A stretch of DNA of 64,000 nt from an uncultured Candidatus Berkelbacteria bacterium (GCA_903851235.1 CAINNR010000001.1:22432-86431); one strand, 5' to 3'. Positions 36,965-47,730 are shown, numbered from the stretch's first letter. Notes: generated by a model not told the origin, from the sequence alone. A program made the numbers and translations.

Positions 36965-38534
36965 ATTCCGGCTGATTTATTACGCTCTGACTTTGATATA
37001 AACTAATTGCAGTCATCTCTGCCGGCTTTGGAATTCCCATAATCTCTAAAATAGTTGGTGCAATATTTGCCAACGCTCCATTCGCAATAAGTTTTCTCTT
37101 AGAAAGTTCCATCTCTTTAGAGATTATAACAAATGGAACCGGATTCGTCGTGTGTTCGGTTTGTGGTTGGTTGGTTTTCGGATTGATCATTTCATCAGCA
37201 TTCCCATGATCCGATGTCACAACAATAGTATAATTATTTTGGAGTAATGATGCTACAAGTTTACCAAGAAATAAATCGACACATTCGATTGCTTGGACCG
37301 TGGCATAAAAATTTCCTGTGTGACCAACCATGTCGGCATTGGCATAATTTACAATAATTAAGCTGAAATCTTTATCGGCATTAGCAATTGTCGATTTGGT
37401 AATTTGTTCGGCGCTCATTGCCGGCGATAAATCGTACGTATTAACCTTTGGTGATGGAATTACAGTCCTAGATTCTTTTGGTAATGTTTTTTCCCGACCG
37501 CCGTCAATAAAATAGGTGACGTGGGCATATTTCTCCGTCTCAGCAATGTGAAATTGAGTCAGACCTCGGCTACTTATGGTCTCAGCCAGTGTGTCTTTAA
37601 TCTCATCTGTCTGGAAAGCGACAACTCCGATTGGATTCGGATCCCGGTTAATAAAAGTTAAAAGATAAAGATTTTTTAATATTTTTCGATCATTAAGCGC
37701 CGGAATTTTTATATCTGTGAATGCGTAGGAAATCTGACGTGAGCGATCTGGACGAAAGTTAAAAAAGATAACTGCATCATTATCGGAGATCAGATGTTTT
37801 TGATGATTTTCATCTAAAATCAGATGCGGTACGATAAATTCGTCGGTAATATTTCGCAAATATGATTTGGAGATCGCGTCGCGAATATTTAAGCTTTCTA
37901 TGGCTTCACCCTTGGTCATTGCGTTATATGCCCGCGAAGTTCGGCCCCAATTTTTGTCTCGATCCATAGCAAAATATCGGCCGCAAATACTGGAAATTTG
38001 CCCTACGCCAATCTCTTTGATTTTACGATTGATAATTTCCAAAATTCCCAGTGCTGATTCCGGATCGGAGTCGCGACCGTCGGTGAACAAATCCAGATAA
38101 ACCGGCGTAACCTGATTGGCTTTGGCCATTTTCATAATTTCAAAAAGATGGTCTAAACACGAATGAACGGTTCCGGTTCCAACCAAACCCATAATATGCA
38201 GTGCTGAAGCGTTTTTTTTCACATGCTCGAATGCTGACAAAATTTTTTCATTTTTAAAAAAATTGCCGTCTTTGATAAAGTTGTTGATAAATACCAGATC
38301 CTGTGGCACAACACGTCCGGCGCCGATATTCAAATGCCCAGTTTCTGAATTTCCGGCGGTGTTCGGTGGTAACCCGACAGCTTCTCCGGAAGCTAAAAGA
38401 GTGGTGTGCGGATATGTTCGCCACCAAATATCCATATTTTGGGTTTTGGCTTGCAAAATTGCGTTGCCCCCCCATGCCGGCCCAACACCCCAACCATCCA
38501 AAATAATTAGAGCTACTTTTCTCATGCCCCTCAT
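36930..38534 (-). CDS. gpmI: BPG-independent phosphoglycerate mutase, first copy
   Basis: ILDGWG, GNSETGH, DGRD, AMDRD, AETEKYAH, DMVGHTG, DHGNA. Confidence 0.95.
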   Translation of the reverse strand: MRGMRKVALIILDGWGVGPAWGGNAILQAKTQNMDIWWRTYPHTTLLASGEAVGLPPNTAGNSETGHLNIGAGRVVPQDLVFINNFIKDGNFFKNEKILSAFEHVKKNASALHIMGLVGTGTVHSCLDHLFEIMKMAKANQVTPVYLDLFTDGRDSDPESALGILEIINRKIKEIGVGQISSICGRYFAMDRDKNWGRTSRAYNAMTKGEAIESLNIRDAISKSYLRNITDEFIVPHLILDENHQKHLISDNDAVIFFNFRPDRSRQISYAFTDIKIPALNDRKILKNLYLLTFINRDPNPIGVVAFQTDEIKDTLAETISSRGLTQFHIAETEKYAHVTYFIDGGREKTLPKESRTVIPSPKVNTYDLSPAMSAEQITKSTIANADKDFSLIIVNYANADMVGHTGNFYATVQAIECVDLFLGKLVASLLQNNYTIVVTSDHGNADEMINPKTNQPQTEHTTNPVPFVIISKEMELSKRKLIANGALANIAPTILEIMGIPKPAEMTAISLYQSQSVINQPEYVKYERQNGTI

Positions 38535-38606
38535 TTAATAATTCATCACATGTTTTCATTATACAGTAATGAGGAGAAAAATAGAATTTTTTGCTAACAT
38601 AATAGT

Positions 38607-39197
38607 ATGAAAGTAATAAATAAAATTGATGCTGCTACTATTATAGAGGCGATTTCATCCGGCAAAACCGTTGTTATGCCGTTTGACACGGTTTATGGTT
38701 TGATGGCAAACCCGTTTGATGACTTAGCAATGGAGAAAATCTATCAAATTAAAGGCCGTGATTTCAACAAGCCGATCGCATTGATTTTTTCTTCGATTCA
38801 TATGCTAAAAAAGTTTATTCCATTAATTTCAACTGAAACTGAAAGATATATTGCTGAAAAAGTTCCCGGCGGTTATACTTTTATTTTGCCTTGGAGTAAA
38901 AAAGATCGAAGAAAGTTTTCTCTTCATTATCAAAAACTAGATAAAATTGGCTTTCGGATTCCGGACAATAAATTACTCCTGGATTTGATAAGTCAGCACG
39001 GGAAACCGATTGCCGCCACCAGCGCTAATATCTCAGGCAAGGAAAATTGTTGGAGCGCCGATGAGTTTATTAATCAGATTAAAAATCAAAAAGAAAAACC
39101 GGATTATATTTTCGATGGCGGCGAGTTAATTGCAAGTCAGCCATCAAAAGTCATCGATATTTCAAGTACAAGTGATATAAAAATTCTAAGAAACTAA
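38607..39197 (+). CDS. tsaC: L-threonylcarbamoyladenylate synthase (YrdC/Sua5)
   Basis: DTVYGL, KGRDFNKP, TSANISG. Confidence 0.92.
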   Translation: MKVINKIDAATIIEAISSGKTVVMPFDTVYGLMANPFDDLAMEKIYQIKGRDFNKPIALIFSSIHMLKKFIPLISTETERYIAEKVPGGYTFILPWSKKDRRKFSLHYQKLDKIGFRIPDNKLLLDLISQHGKPIAATSANISGKENCWSADEFINQIKNQKEKPDYIFDGGELIASQPSKVIDISSTSDIKILRN

Positions 39198-39475
39198 AAA
39201 GCTTCGGTTGATACTGAGATAAGAAAAAACTACCCGATGATGGTTTGCAATGCGGGACCATTCGGTTAATAACTGGCAGTTTGTTTGCGACCGTTAGTGC
39301 CTATTGTCCATTAGATCCGACTGGTTTTCAGTATCATGGTTATTTTGAACTTTCCATTGCCGATGTACATTACATGATGATTACTAAAGCGGCCACCAAG
39401 TTTCGGCATAGAAGTATAGGAAAACCAAGAACTTGAAAAAACCGACATATGATGATAAAATTAAGAGGTAAATTT

Positions 39476-39562
39476 GGCCGAGTGGCGGAATTGGTAGACG
39501 CACAGGATTCAAAATCCTGCGATAGCAATATCATGAGAGTTCGATTCTCTCCTTGGCCACCA
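39476..39562 (+). tRNA. tRNA-Leu(CAA)
   Basis: GGCCGAG/CTTGGCC-A-CCA acceptor; anticodon TT-CAA-AA; long variable arm. Confidence 0.96.
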
Positions 39563-39717
39563 TAGATATATTAGTTATGAAAATTGATTTGTAACAAACA
39601 AAAAACACTCATAAACCTAGGAAGACGAAACGAGTCGATAAAATTTTCAATCAATATTTCCCTATCATTCATATAGTTATTATCCAAATTGGTGCATTGA
39701 ATAAACAATAAAATTTC

Positions 39718-40491
39718 ATGAAACATCGACTGACAGAAGAGGATTTGGAACAAATATTTATCGCATCGCGCTACAAAAAGCGAAGTTCTTTTTCGGTTTT
39801 TATAGCCTTTGTTGGACTTTTTATTCTGTTTTTTATTGTTGTAACTTATCTTCTAAATTTTTCTGCCTATAATCAAAAAATTTCATGGTGGTATCAAGAT
39901 GAATTTGGAACAACGCAACACGGTTTAATCGATGCCGTAACAACTTATCACAACCATCCCGCATCTGATAGCAACAGCAGTAATATTTTACCAAATATTT
40001 CCGATAATTCAATTTCTATTGAGAGTATCGGTGTTAAGGCGCCAATAACTTTTGGAGTCGATAATAACGCCACCGCCGTCAGCAATAATTTAAAAAACGG
40101 CCCAATCCAGCTTACCGGGACTTCATTGCCTGGCCAAACCGGAAATGTTTTTATCACCGGCCACTCGTCAAATTATCCATGGATTAAAAGTCAGTATAAT
40201 TCGGTCTTTGCGCTTTTAGGCAATGTTGTTGTCGGCGATCTGGTTCAAATAAAATTTCAAAATGTGAACTATGTCTATCAAGTAAAAAAAATATTTGTCG
40301 TCGATCCTAGTGACATCTCGGTCTTGAATTCAAATTCCTCTTCCAGCACTTTGACCCTGATGACTTGCACTCCGGTCGGAACAAATTTACGACGACTGAT
40401 TGTCCAAGCCGACCAAATTATTCCTGATCAATCACAGAATTCCAAATCAAACAACCAAAGTTCTCAAACTTTGCCCAACGGAGTTCATTGA
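39718..40491 (+). CDS. Sortase
   Basis: N-terminal TM; ITGHS (His), LTLMTCTP (Cys) and RRLIV (Arg) catalytic triad. Confidence 0.92.
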   Translation: MKHRLTEEDLEQIFIASRYKKRSSFSVFIAFVGLFILFFIVVTYLLNFSAYNQKISWWYQDEFGTTQHGLIDAVTTYHNHPASDSNSSNILPNISDNSISIESIGVKAPITFGVDNNATAVSNNLKNGPIQLTGTSLPGQTGNVFITGHSSNYPWIKSQYNSVFALLGNVVVGDLVQIKFQNVNYVYQVKKIFVVDPSDISVLNSNSSSSTLTLMTCTPVGTNLRRLIVQADQIIPDQSQNSKSNNQSSQTLPNGVH

Positions 40492-40534
40492 TTCTGTCGG
40501 ATTATTCCGAAATTTGTAATGAGTACTAAAAACA

Positions 40535-41263
40535 CTATTTTATTATCGCTCTTTTATAGGCGACTCCATCTTTGTATAGTAGCGCCGAGCCATCCCAGCT
40601 AAATATGAAATTGGATTTGTCGCTGCTGGATAATTTTACCAACAAAACATCATTGGTGCCGTTTTGCTCAATGATTCGAATTTCGTCGCCTTGTTGATAA
40701 GCCAAGTATTGTGACCCGGGGTACCAGATTACGCCGGAAATTTGATTTGAAAGTCGAGTAACCAAGGTATTGCCAACCCAGATTTCGTGATCATTAAATG
40801 ATAAATTGCCATCAGAGTTTTTAACCAATGTGTCGTACGGTGTATCAATTGAGGAAATAATATTTTGATCGGTGATAATAGAGATTGTCGGATCCAGACG
40901 AAATAAGGTGATATTTTTATACCAAGAAACCTGATCGGCGCTGATTTTTACATGCTGTTGCCACAAATTATATCCATCCTTTCCAACCGAAATATCGTAG
41001 TAGCCAGGAAGCAGCTGGGTGTCAAATGGAGATTTATCATTCGAAGCTTTGCCTGAAATTGAAACTGTGGCGTCTTTAGGAACAAATGATAAGTAGACAA
41101 TTCCAGTATGAGCAATCGAGAATGTCTGCCAATTTATTTTGTAACCAAAACTCATAAAGATCAGATACGACGAGACCAAAATGATAATTAGGGTAATTAG
41201 ACCCTGCCCGAAAATTATCTCTTTTATCCGAAGATTTCGCGGTTTATTAACATATTCTTTCAT
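40535..41263 (-). CDS. PEGA domain membrane-anchored protein
   Basis: TM followed by GYKIN..TG...P.DATVSI...LLPGYYDISVGKDGY..W. Confidence 0.8.
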   Translation of the reverse strand: MKEYVNKPRNLRIKEIIFGQGLITLIIILVSSYLIFMSFGYKINWQTFSIAHTGIVYLSFVPKDATVSISGKASNDKSPFDTQLLPGYYDISVGKDGYNLWQQHVKISADQVSWYKNITLFRLDPTISIITDQNIISSIDTPYDTLVKNSDGNLSFNDHEIWVGNTLVTRLSNQISGVIWYPGSQYLAYQQGDEIRIIEQNGTNDVLLVKLSSSDKSNFIFSWDGSALLYKDGVAYKRAIIK

Positions 41264-41371
41264 ACAATTATTTTAGCTTGTATTGATATAATTGTAAAAT
41301 CGGAGTAAAATAAGATTAGTGATTAAAAATATTTCTATCACATATCTTGAAATCTTCTTTGAAGGAGTTTA

Positions 41372-42664
41372 ATGGCTAAGTTTCGTGTCGTTGGCAATAA
41401 AAAATTAAATGGCGACTTCCAGGTTTTGGGAGCCAAAAATGCGGCCCTAAAAATGGTTGCCGCTTCTGTTATGATTCCCGGCATTTCGATTATTCATAAT
41501 ATTCCCAAAATATTGGATATTTTTCGTATGATAGAGGTAATTGAGAGTTTGGGTGCAAAAACCAAGTTTGAAGATCACACTTTGACAATCGATGCCACCG
41601 GCGTTAAATCTTTTTCACCTAACGAAAAAGCTATTAAAAAGTTACGTGGTTCGGTTGTAATCCTAGGTCCATTGCTCTCAAAGTTCGGACGGGTTCATTT
41701 CTCCGAACCGGGTGGCTGTTTAATCGGCTCGCGACCAATCGACACTCACCTAAAAGCGTTTGAGGCTATGGATGTTTCGGTTGAAATTTCCAACAAGGGC
41801 GCAAAATTTTTCCTGCAAGCCGGAAATAAATTTAAAAATGGCAATATTGATGTCGTCTTATCGGAAATGAGTGTAACCGCGACGGAAAATATTATGATGG
41901 CGGCAGTTTTGCGGAACGGGATCACTACAATAAAAGTTGCCGCATGTGAGCCGGAAATTACCGATTTGGCCAATTTTTTAAACCTTGCTGGGGCAAAAAT
42001 TTCTGGCGCCGGAACTCATACCATTGTAATCGAGGGCGTTAAGAAATTGACTGATGTCGAATATACTGTTTTTCCCGACAGGATCGAGGCCGGTACGATG
42101 GTTATCACTGCCGCTGTTTGTGGGGGGAAAGTCAAAATCAAAGACGTAATTCCGGATCATTTGTCGCTAGTGCTTTCGAAATTCTCGGAGATGTCGGTAG
42201 ATTTTGAAATCATTCCGACAAAAAATGGCCACGCGGATATTATCGTCAATCAACGAAGTCAGCTTGTTGCGCCAGGTTCGGCTAAACTCGATGTTCGACA
42301 ATACCCCGGGTTGCCTACAGATCTTCAGGCGCCATTGGCAGTACTGGCAACTCAAGCAAAAGGTGAAACCAAAATCTTCGAAACGCTTTTCAATATGCGA
42401 TTTGACTATACAAAATGGCTGGTGGAAATGGGAGCAAGAATTGATATATTAAATCCATTTCTGATTGAAATAAACGGACCATCACTACTTCTGGGTCAAG
42501 AAATTGAGTCCTCCGATATTCGCGGTGGCGCCGCCTTGGTGATTGCCGCTCTCTGCGCCAAAGGCACTACAATTATCAACAATATCGAATACATAGATCG
42601 CGGATATGAAAATTTCGATCAGCGACTACGAAAAATCGGGGCGGAGATTGAAAGGATTGACTGA
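41372..42664 (+). CDS. murA: UDP-N-acetylglucosamine 1-carboxyvinyltransferase
   Basis: GAKNAAL, PGGCLIGSRPID, SVTATEN, DRIEAGT, YPGLPTDLQ. Confidence 0.97.
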   Translation: MAKFRVVGNKKLNGDFQVLGAKNAALKMVAASVMIPGISIIHNIPKILDIFRMIEVIESLGAKTKFEDHTLTIDATGVKSFSPNEKAIKKLRGSVVILGPLLSKFGRVHFSEPGGCLIGSRPIDTHLKAFEAMDVSVEISNKGAKFFLQAGNKFKNGNIDVVLSEMSVTATENIMMAAVLRNGITTIKVAACEPEITDLANFLNLAGAKISGAGTHTIVIEGVKKLTDVEYTVFPDRIEAGTMVITAAVCGGKVKIKDVIPDHLSLVLSKFSEMSVDFEIIPTKNGHADIIVNQRSQLVAPGSAKLDVRQYPGLPTDLQAPLAVLATQAKGETKIFETLFNMRFDYTKWLVEMGARIDILNPFLIEINGPSLLLGQEIESSDIRGGAALVIAALCAKGTTIINNIEYIDRGYENFDQRLRKIGAEIERID

Positions 42665-43671
42665 TGGCTAGACGAATCGCAATCGATTTAGGCACAACAA
42701 ATGTTTTGGTCTATGTGCCTAAGAGGGGAGTCGTTGTTAATGAACCGTCGGTTGTTGCCCTTCAAGTTGAAAACAACCAAATTGTTGCAATCGGCGAAGA
42801 AGCAAAAAAAATGATTGGCCGGACTCCTGACAGTATCGTCGCCGCCCATCCGCTTCAGGATGGTGTTATTGCGAACTATAATATTTCAGAAACTATGCTC
42901 CGACATTTTATTAATAAAGTCTCCGGTCGAATTAGAATCGGCAAACCGGAAGTTATGATTGCTGTACCTGTTGGTATCACGTCGACGGAACGCCGAGCGG
43001 TAATTGATGCCACGCTGGCCGCTGGCGCTAAACAAGCATATTTGATTAAGCAACCAATCGCTGCCGCGCTTGGTGCCGGAATTCCTATTGCTACCGCTTC
43101 GGGGAACATGATAATTGACATCGGTGGTGGCACAACCGAAGTTGCCGTTATTGCACTTGGTGATGTTGTTGCCGCTAGTTCGGCACGCGTCGGCGGAAAT
43201 AAAATTGATGCAGCAATTGCAGTATATATCCGCAAAAAACACAATTTGATTATTGGCGAACAAACGGCGGAAGAGATAAAAAAACGCATCGGAAATGCCA
43301 TTGAACCGAAAAAGGAAGCTAAAATGGAGGTTTCCGGTTCGAGCGCAATTACCGGTTTGCCGGAGAGCATTATCATTACCTCCGAGGATTTGGTTAAAGC
43401 TCTAAAGCCGCCGCTAACTGATATTATTGGCGTTGTTAAAAGTGTTCTTCAACAAACTCCACCGGAACTTGCCTCAGATGTCATGGACAAGGGAATTATT
43501 ATCTCTGGCGGCGGGGCGCTACTTCGCAACATCGATACGCTTTTGACTAAAGTTACCGGTGTGCCGTGTCAAGTGGCAGAAGAGCCGGAAAAATGCGTTG
43601 TCAAGGGCGCCGGAATTGCTGTTGAACATTTGGATGCTTACAAAAAATCGGTACTTTGGGCGAGAGAATAA
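42664..43671 (+). CDS. mreB: Rod shape-determining protein MreB/Mbl
   Basis: IDLGTTN, EPSVVA, DIGGGTTEVAV. Confidence 0.96.
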   Translation: MARRIAIDLGTTNVLVYVPKRGVVVNEPSVVALQVENNQIVAIGEEAKKMIGRTPDSIVAAHPLQDGVIANYNISETMLRHFINKVSGRIRIGKPEVMIAVPVGITSTERRAVIDATLAAGAKQAYLIKQPIAAALGAGIPIATASGNMIIDIGGGTTEVAVIALGDVVAASSARVGGNKIDAAIAVYIRKKHNLIIGEQTAEEIKKRIGNAIEPKKEAKMEVSGSSAITGLPESIIITSEDLVKALKPPLTDIIGVVKSVLQQTPPELASDVMDKGIIISGGGALLRNIDTLLTKVTGVPCQVAEEPEKCVVKGAGIAVEHLDAYKKSVLWARE

Positions 43672-43686
43672 TATTTTAGAGGTTTT

Positions 43687-44190
43687 ATGAAGTATGCAAA
43701 AATTAAAGATCGCGAATCACACCGAGTAGTTGCCACTGCAATTATCCACAAAAGTGGCAAGTATTTAATAACCAAAAGATCGGAAAACAAAAAAGTCTAT
43801 CCCGGTAAATGGACTGTACCTGGTGGCGGACTGGCAATCGACGATTATATTGACGAAAAACCAAATGAAGATCGTGTCTGGTATTTTTCCTTGGAAAAAG
43901 GTCTACGTCGTGAGGTTATGGAAGAAACAAAGCTCAATATTGGCAAGATTGACTATCTACTCGATCTGACATTTATCCGCCCGGACAATGTTGCGGTTTT
44001 GACACTAAGTTTTTACGCTCCATGGAAAAAGGGAGCCGTAAAATTAAGCGAAGAAGAGGTTGATTTCGTTTGGGCAACTCGTGACGAAATTAAGAATTAT
44101 GACCTGATTGCCGGTATTCGCGAAGAAATTTATATGGTTGATGATATTCTAAATAATCGCAAGACAAAAAAACTATTTTTGAGATTTTAG
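43687..44190 (+). CDS. NUDIX hydrolase
   Basis: WTVPGG...LRREVMEET. Confidence 0.9.
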   Translation: MKYAKIKDRESHRVVATAIIHKSGKYLITKRSENKKVYPGKWTVPGGGLAIDDYIDEKPNEDRVWYFSLEKGLRREVMEETKLNIGKIDYLLDLTFIRPDNVAVLTLSFYAPWKKGAVKLSEEEVDFVWATRDEIKNYDLIAGIREEIYMVDDILNNRKTKKLFLRF

Positions 44191-44208
44191 ATATTATTTT
44201 AAATAATT

Positions 44209-45297
44209 ATGATTATTGGAATAGACGCTTCCAGAGCGGTAAAAAAACAAAGAACCGGAACTGAAAATTACTCTAGTAATTTGATTTTTGAGTTGGCGAA
44301 AATTGATGCAGTAAATGATTATATTTTGTATGTTGGTCCGGACTATGATGGAATATTTGATAAATTTCCGAAAAATTTCTCTGTGAAAATAATTCCAAAC
44401 AAAAAATACTGGACGCAAGTTGGGCTAACACTGGAGATGATAAAAAATAAGTCTGATGTTTTGTTTGTTCCGTCACACATACTACCAACTATTTCCGGCA
44501 AAAGATCGGCCATAACTATTCATGACTTGGCGTGGAAATATTTCCCGGAAGTATATTCGAAGAACGAGATTAAAACTCAGAATTTTTCAATTCGCAGAGC
44601 AATTGTCAAAAAAGCCAGTATAATAGTATATTCGAAATCGACCGAATTGGATCTGAAAAAATTCTATCCAAAAACTACTAAACTGATAAAGTTTGTGCCG
44701 ATGGGATTCAAACCAATTAATTCTGATTCAAAACTTTCAGATGAACTGGCTACCAAAGTTAGCGGAAAATACATTCTTTTTGTCGGCAGACTGGAATCAA
44801 AAAAAAATATTATCAATCTAGTCAAAGCATACAGCATGCTTCGAAGCGAGCGAGAAATCAAAGATAAATTGGTTCTGGCTGGCAATCCCGGTTTTGGATA
44901 TGATGAAATCAAACAAGAAATCAACTTATCAAAATTTAAAAATGACATTATTGAAACCGGATTTGTTTCTGATAATAATCGCAACGCTTTATATAAAAAT
45001 GCTTCACTTTTTGCATTCCCGTCACTATTCGAAGGTTTCGGTTTTCCAATTTTAGAGGCTTTTTCCGCCGGTATTCCGGTAGTTACATCAAATGTTTCTT
45101 CGATGCCAGAAGTTGCCGGAGCTGGCGCGATATTGGTTAATCCAAAAAAACCATTTGAAATCGCCGCATCAATGAGTCAAATTTTGAATAAGCCACAAAT
45201 TGGGCAGAAATTAATTACTATCGGAAAAAAGCAAATCACAAAATACAGTTGGGATGTCTGCGCCGAAGAAACCCTTAAAATCCTGGAGGGTAAATGA
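44209..45297 (+). CDS. Glycosyltransferase family 4
   Basis: IGIDAS, TIHDL, FPSLFEGFGFPILEA. Confidence 0.93.
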   Translation: MIIGIDASRAVKKQRTGTENYSSNLIFELAKIDAVNDYILYVGPDYDGIFDKFPKNFSVKIIPNKKYWTQVGLTLEMIKNKSDVLFVPSHILPTISGKRSAITIHDLAWKYFPEVYSKNEIKTQNFSIRRAIVKKASIIVYSKSTELDLKKFYPKTTKLIKFVPMGFKPINSDSKLSDELATKVSGKYILFVGRLESKKNIINLVKAYSMLRSEREIKDKLVLAGNPGFGYDEIKQEINLSKFKNDIIETGFVSDNNRNALYKNASLFAFPSLFEGFGFPILEAFSAGIPVVTSNVSSMPEVAGAGAILVNPKKPFEIAASMSQILNKPQIGQKLITIGKKQITKYSWDVCAEETLKILEGK

Positions 45298-46421
45298 AAA
45301 TTGCAATTGTTCACGATTATTTAACCAAGCTAGGTGGCGCAGAAAATGTTCTGCAAGTAATTCATAATATTTATCCAGACGCACCGATATATACTTTATT
45401 ATATGATGAATCCGGGACAAAAAAACAATTTGCCGAAGGCTACGACATTCGGCCATCCCGATTACAAAAATTACCGAAATTTATTCGTAACCGTTCACGT
45501 CTGTTATTGTCAAAATTTCCAAATGCAATCGAGAAATTGGATCTGTCGGAATTTGATGTCGTAATTTCCTCAAGTAACTCATTTGCTCACGGGGTTATTA
45601 CCCAACCAAAAACCCTTCACATCACTTACTGTTATTCACCAATGCGATATGCGTGGGATTGGACACACAAATATTTGGATGAAAATAATATCGGATACGG
45701 TTTGATCGGTTTCTATATCCGGGGTTTAATTTCCAGGCTCCGAATCTGGGATTTTAATGCCAGCAAAAGAACCGATGACTGGGTGGCAATCTCAAAAACC
45801 GTCGCAAAAAGAATTAACAAATATTATCGCAGAGATTCAATAGTAATTTATCCGCCGGCCGACATCACCGAGTTAATAAAAAATGAGCAAAAACCTAGTG
45901 ACTATTATTTAATAGTTTCACGTCTGACACAATACAAGAACATCGATTTGGCGATAAAAGTTTTTAACGAATTACATTTACCACTCTATATTATCGGCGA
46001 AGGCGCCGACCAAAATCGGCTGGAGAAATTGGCTGGCAAAACAATCAAATTTCTTGGCTGGCAAAATGACAATAGTCGCAATAAATATATTAGCAATTCC
46101 AAAGCATTTCTTTTTCCCGGCGAAGATGATTTCGGATTGACACCGATTGAGGCTATGGCCGCCGGCCGACCGGTAATCGCATATAATGCCGGTGGTGCAA
46201 CCGAAACAGTTGTCTCAGGGAAAACCGGTGAATTTTTTAACGATTTTTCCAACCCAAAATTTCTTAAAGACGCTGTTGCCAAAGTTGAGAGAAATTATCA
46301 AAATTACAATCCGGCTGTTTGTAAAGAGCAAGCAAAAAAATTCTCAAGTGAAATATTTACCAAAAAATTTAGCGATTTTGTTAAAACACGGTATAAAGAA
46401 TTTCAAGATGAAAATAAATAG
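45294..46421 (+). CDS. Glycosyltransferase family 4
   Basis: VHDYL..GGAE, EDDFGLTPIEAMAAG. Confidence 0.93.
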   Translation: MKIAIVHDYLTKLGGAENVLQVIHNIYPDAPIYTLLYDESGTKKQFAEGYDIRPSRLQKLPKFIRNRSRLLLSKFPNAIEKLDLSEFDVVISSSNSFAHGVITQPKTLHITYCYSPMRYAWDWTHKYLDENNIGYGLIGFYIRGLISRLRIWDFNASKRTDDWVAISKTVAKRINKYYRRDSIVIYPPADITELIKNEQKPSDYYLIVSRLTQYKNIDLAIKVFNELHLPLYIIGEGADQNRLEKLAGKTIKFLGWQNDNSRNKYISNSKAFLFPGEDDFGLTPIEAMAAGRPVIAYNAGGATETVVSGKTGEFFNDFSNPKFLKDAVAKVERNYQNYNPAVCKEQAKKFSSEIFTKKFSDFVKTRYKEFQDENK

Positions 46422-47247
46422 AAAAAAAATTAATATCCTCGGTCTGCCGATTGATTCATTTGCAAAAGATGATTCGATTCGATATATCGAGCAAAAACTT
46501 TTGACTAAAAAAGCGATTTTTATCACAACGGTCAATGTTGAATTTCTTTACCGCGCTTTAAACGACACAAAAGTTTTTGACATGCTTCAAAATTCTTCGA
46601 TTAATTTCGCCGACGGGATCGGTGTTTTGTGGGCGGCAAAATTTTTATCGCTAAAATTACCGACTGACAAATTTTGGCGATCGGTTGTCGGTTTTATCAA
46701 ACTATTTGCTTCACTTTGTGCGATCATTTTTTATCCGAAATATCTGAAAAAACCGATTCCCGAGAGAATATCCGGCTCTGACTTTATTTGGGATTTATCA
46801 AAATTTGCGGCAAAAAATGATTTGAAGATTTTTTTACTTGGCGGCGACTCGACCGTTCCTGAACAAGCGGCGCTAAAACTTCAAACCGATGTTGTAAACC
46901 TAAAAGTTTCCGGTATTTTCAACGGTTCCTCGGATGAAAAGGATGAAGCAAAAATTCTTGAGATTATTAATAATGCTAAACCGGACATTTTGTTTGTTGC
47001 GTACGGTGTTCCGGCAGAGGAACTTTGGCTGGAAAGAAATTTGTTGAAAACTGGCGCAAAAATCGGTATCGGTATCGGCGGAACATTTGATTTTCTCGCC
47101 GGCAGACGAAAGCGCGCACCAAAATTTTTTCGATTAATCGGACTTGAATGGCTTTGGCGCTTGATATTAGAGCCACGCCGATTCCACCGCCAATCCGCCT
47201 TGCCTAAATTGGTTTGGCGAGTTTTTAGATATAAATTGGCAAATTAA
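46408..47247 (+). CDS. WecB/TagA/CpsF family glycosyltransferase
   Basis: TVNVE, ADGIGV, RISGSD, GGTFDF, RAP, LEWLWRL..EP.R; ATG 46408 preferred. Confidence 0.93.
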   Translation: MKINRKKINILGLPIDSFAKDDSIRYIEQKLLTKKAIFITTVNVEFLYRALNDTKVFDMLQNSSINFADGIGVLWAAKFLSLKLPTDKFWRSVVGFIKLFASLCAIIFYPKYLKKPIPERISGSDFIWDLSKFAAKNDLKIFLLGGDSTVPEQAALKLQTDVVNLKVSGIFNGSSDEKDEAKILEIINNAKPDILFVAYGVPAEELWLERNLLKTGAKIGIGIGGTFDFLAGRRKRAPKFFRLIGLEWLWRLILEPRRFHRQSALPKLVWRVFRYKLAN

Positions 47248-47333
47248 TCTCTCCCTCAGTTCAAAACTTTTGACATTGGAGAGATTTTTATATATGATTT
47301 CCTCAAGCGCTCAACACGAAGGAGGCAGATCAG

Positions 47334-47720
47334 GTGAAAGACACAATGACGATTCTTGGTTGTCTTGCAATTGCCGCGATTGCAGTGACGATTGTCATTC
47401 TTTTTGTCACTGCGTTATTCGACATTTATAGCAGAAAGCGCTGGTCTATGATAATCAGAGGATATTGTGGGAAGTGGGAAAAAACTGTCGTCGAAACCAA
47501 GTTTGTCCACGATACAATTTATGTTGCCGTCATTAACGACAATGTGGTCGTAGTTCGTCGTGACACCGGATCAAATTCAACAGAGGGATTTTACCGATAC
47601 TTCACAGTACTGGCTAATCAGCAACTGGTAACTAAAACCGTGTTTAGTGGACATGAAAGAATTGGTGTATTAACTGCACTAATGCTATTCAATTACGTTG
47701 AAAAAATCACAACATGCTAA
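47334..47720 (+). CDS. Hypothetical protein with N-terminal TM
   Basis: TTGACA-N17-TATGAT promoter (47270-47298), AAGGAGG SD, own terminator. Confidence 0.7.
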   Translation: MKDTMTILGCLAIAAIAVTIVILFVTALFDIYSRKRWSMIIRGYCGKWEKTVVETKFVHDTIYVAVINDNVVVVRRDTGSNSTEGFYRYFTVLANQQLVTKTVFSGHERIGVLTALMLFNYVEKITTC

Positions 47721-47730
47721 CTTTCCAATT

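Noticed and set aside
39245-39436. 63-aa plus-strand ORF, or a minus-strand frame MPKLGGRF... interrupted by a stop
   Set aside because: No SD, motif or recognisable family on either strand; cannot be supported as a gene or pseudogene
30824-39562. Genomic island bounded by the two tRNAs
   Set aside because: No att-like duplication of either tRNA 3' end, no integrase, and the content is core metabolism
42662-42664. Alternative genetic code (TGA=Gly)
   Set aside because: TGA ends murA at its expected C-terminus and overlaps the mreB ATG; long genes show no in-frame TGA
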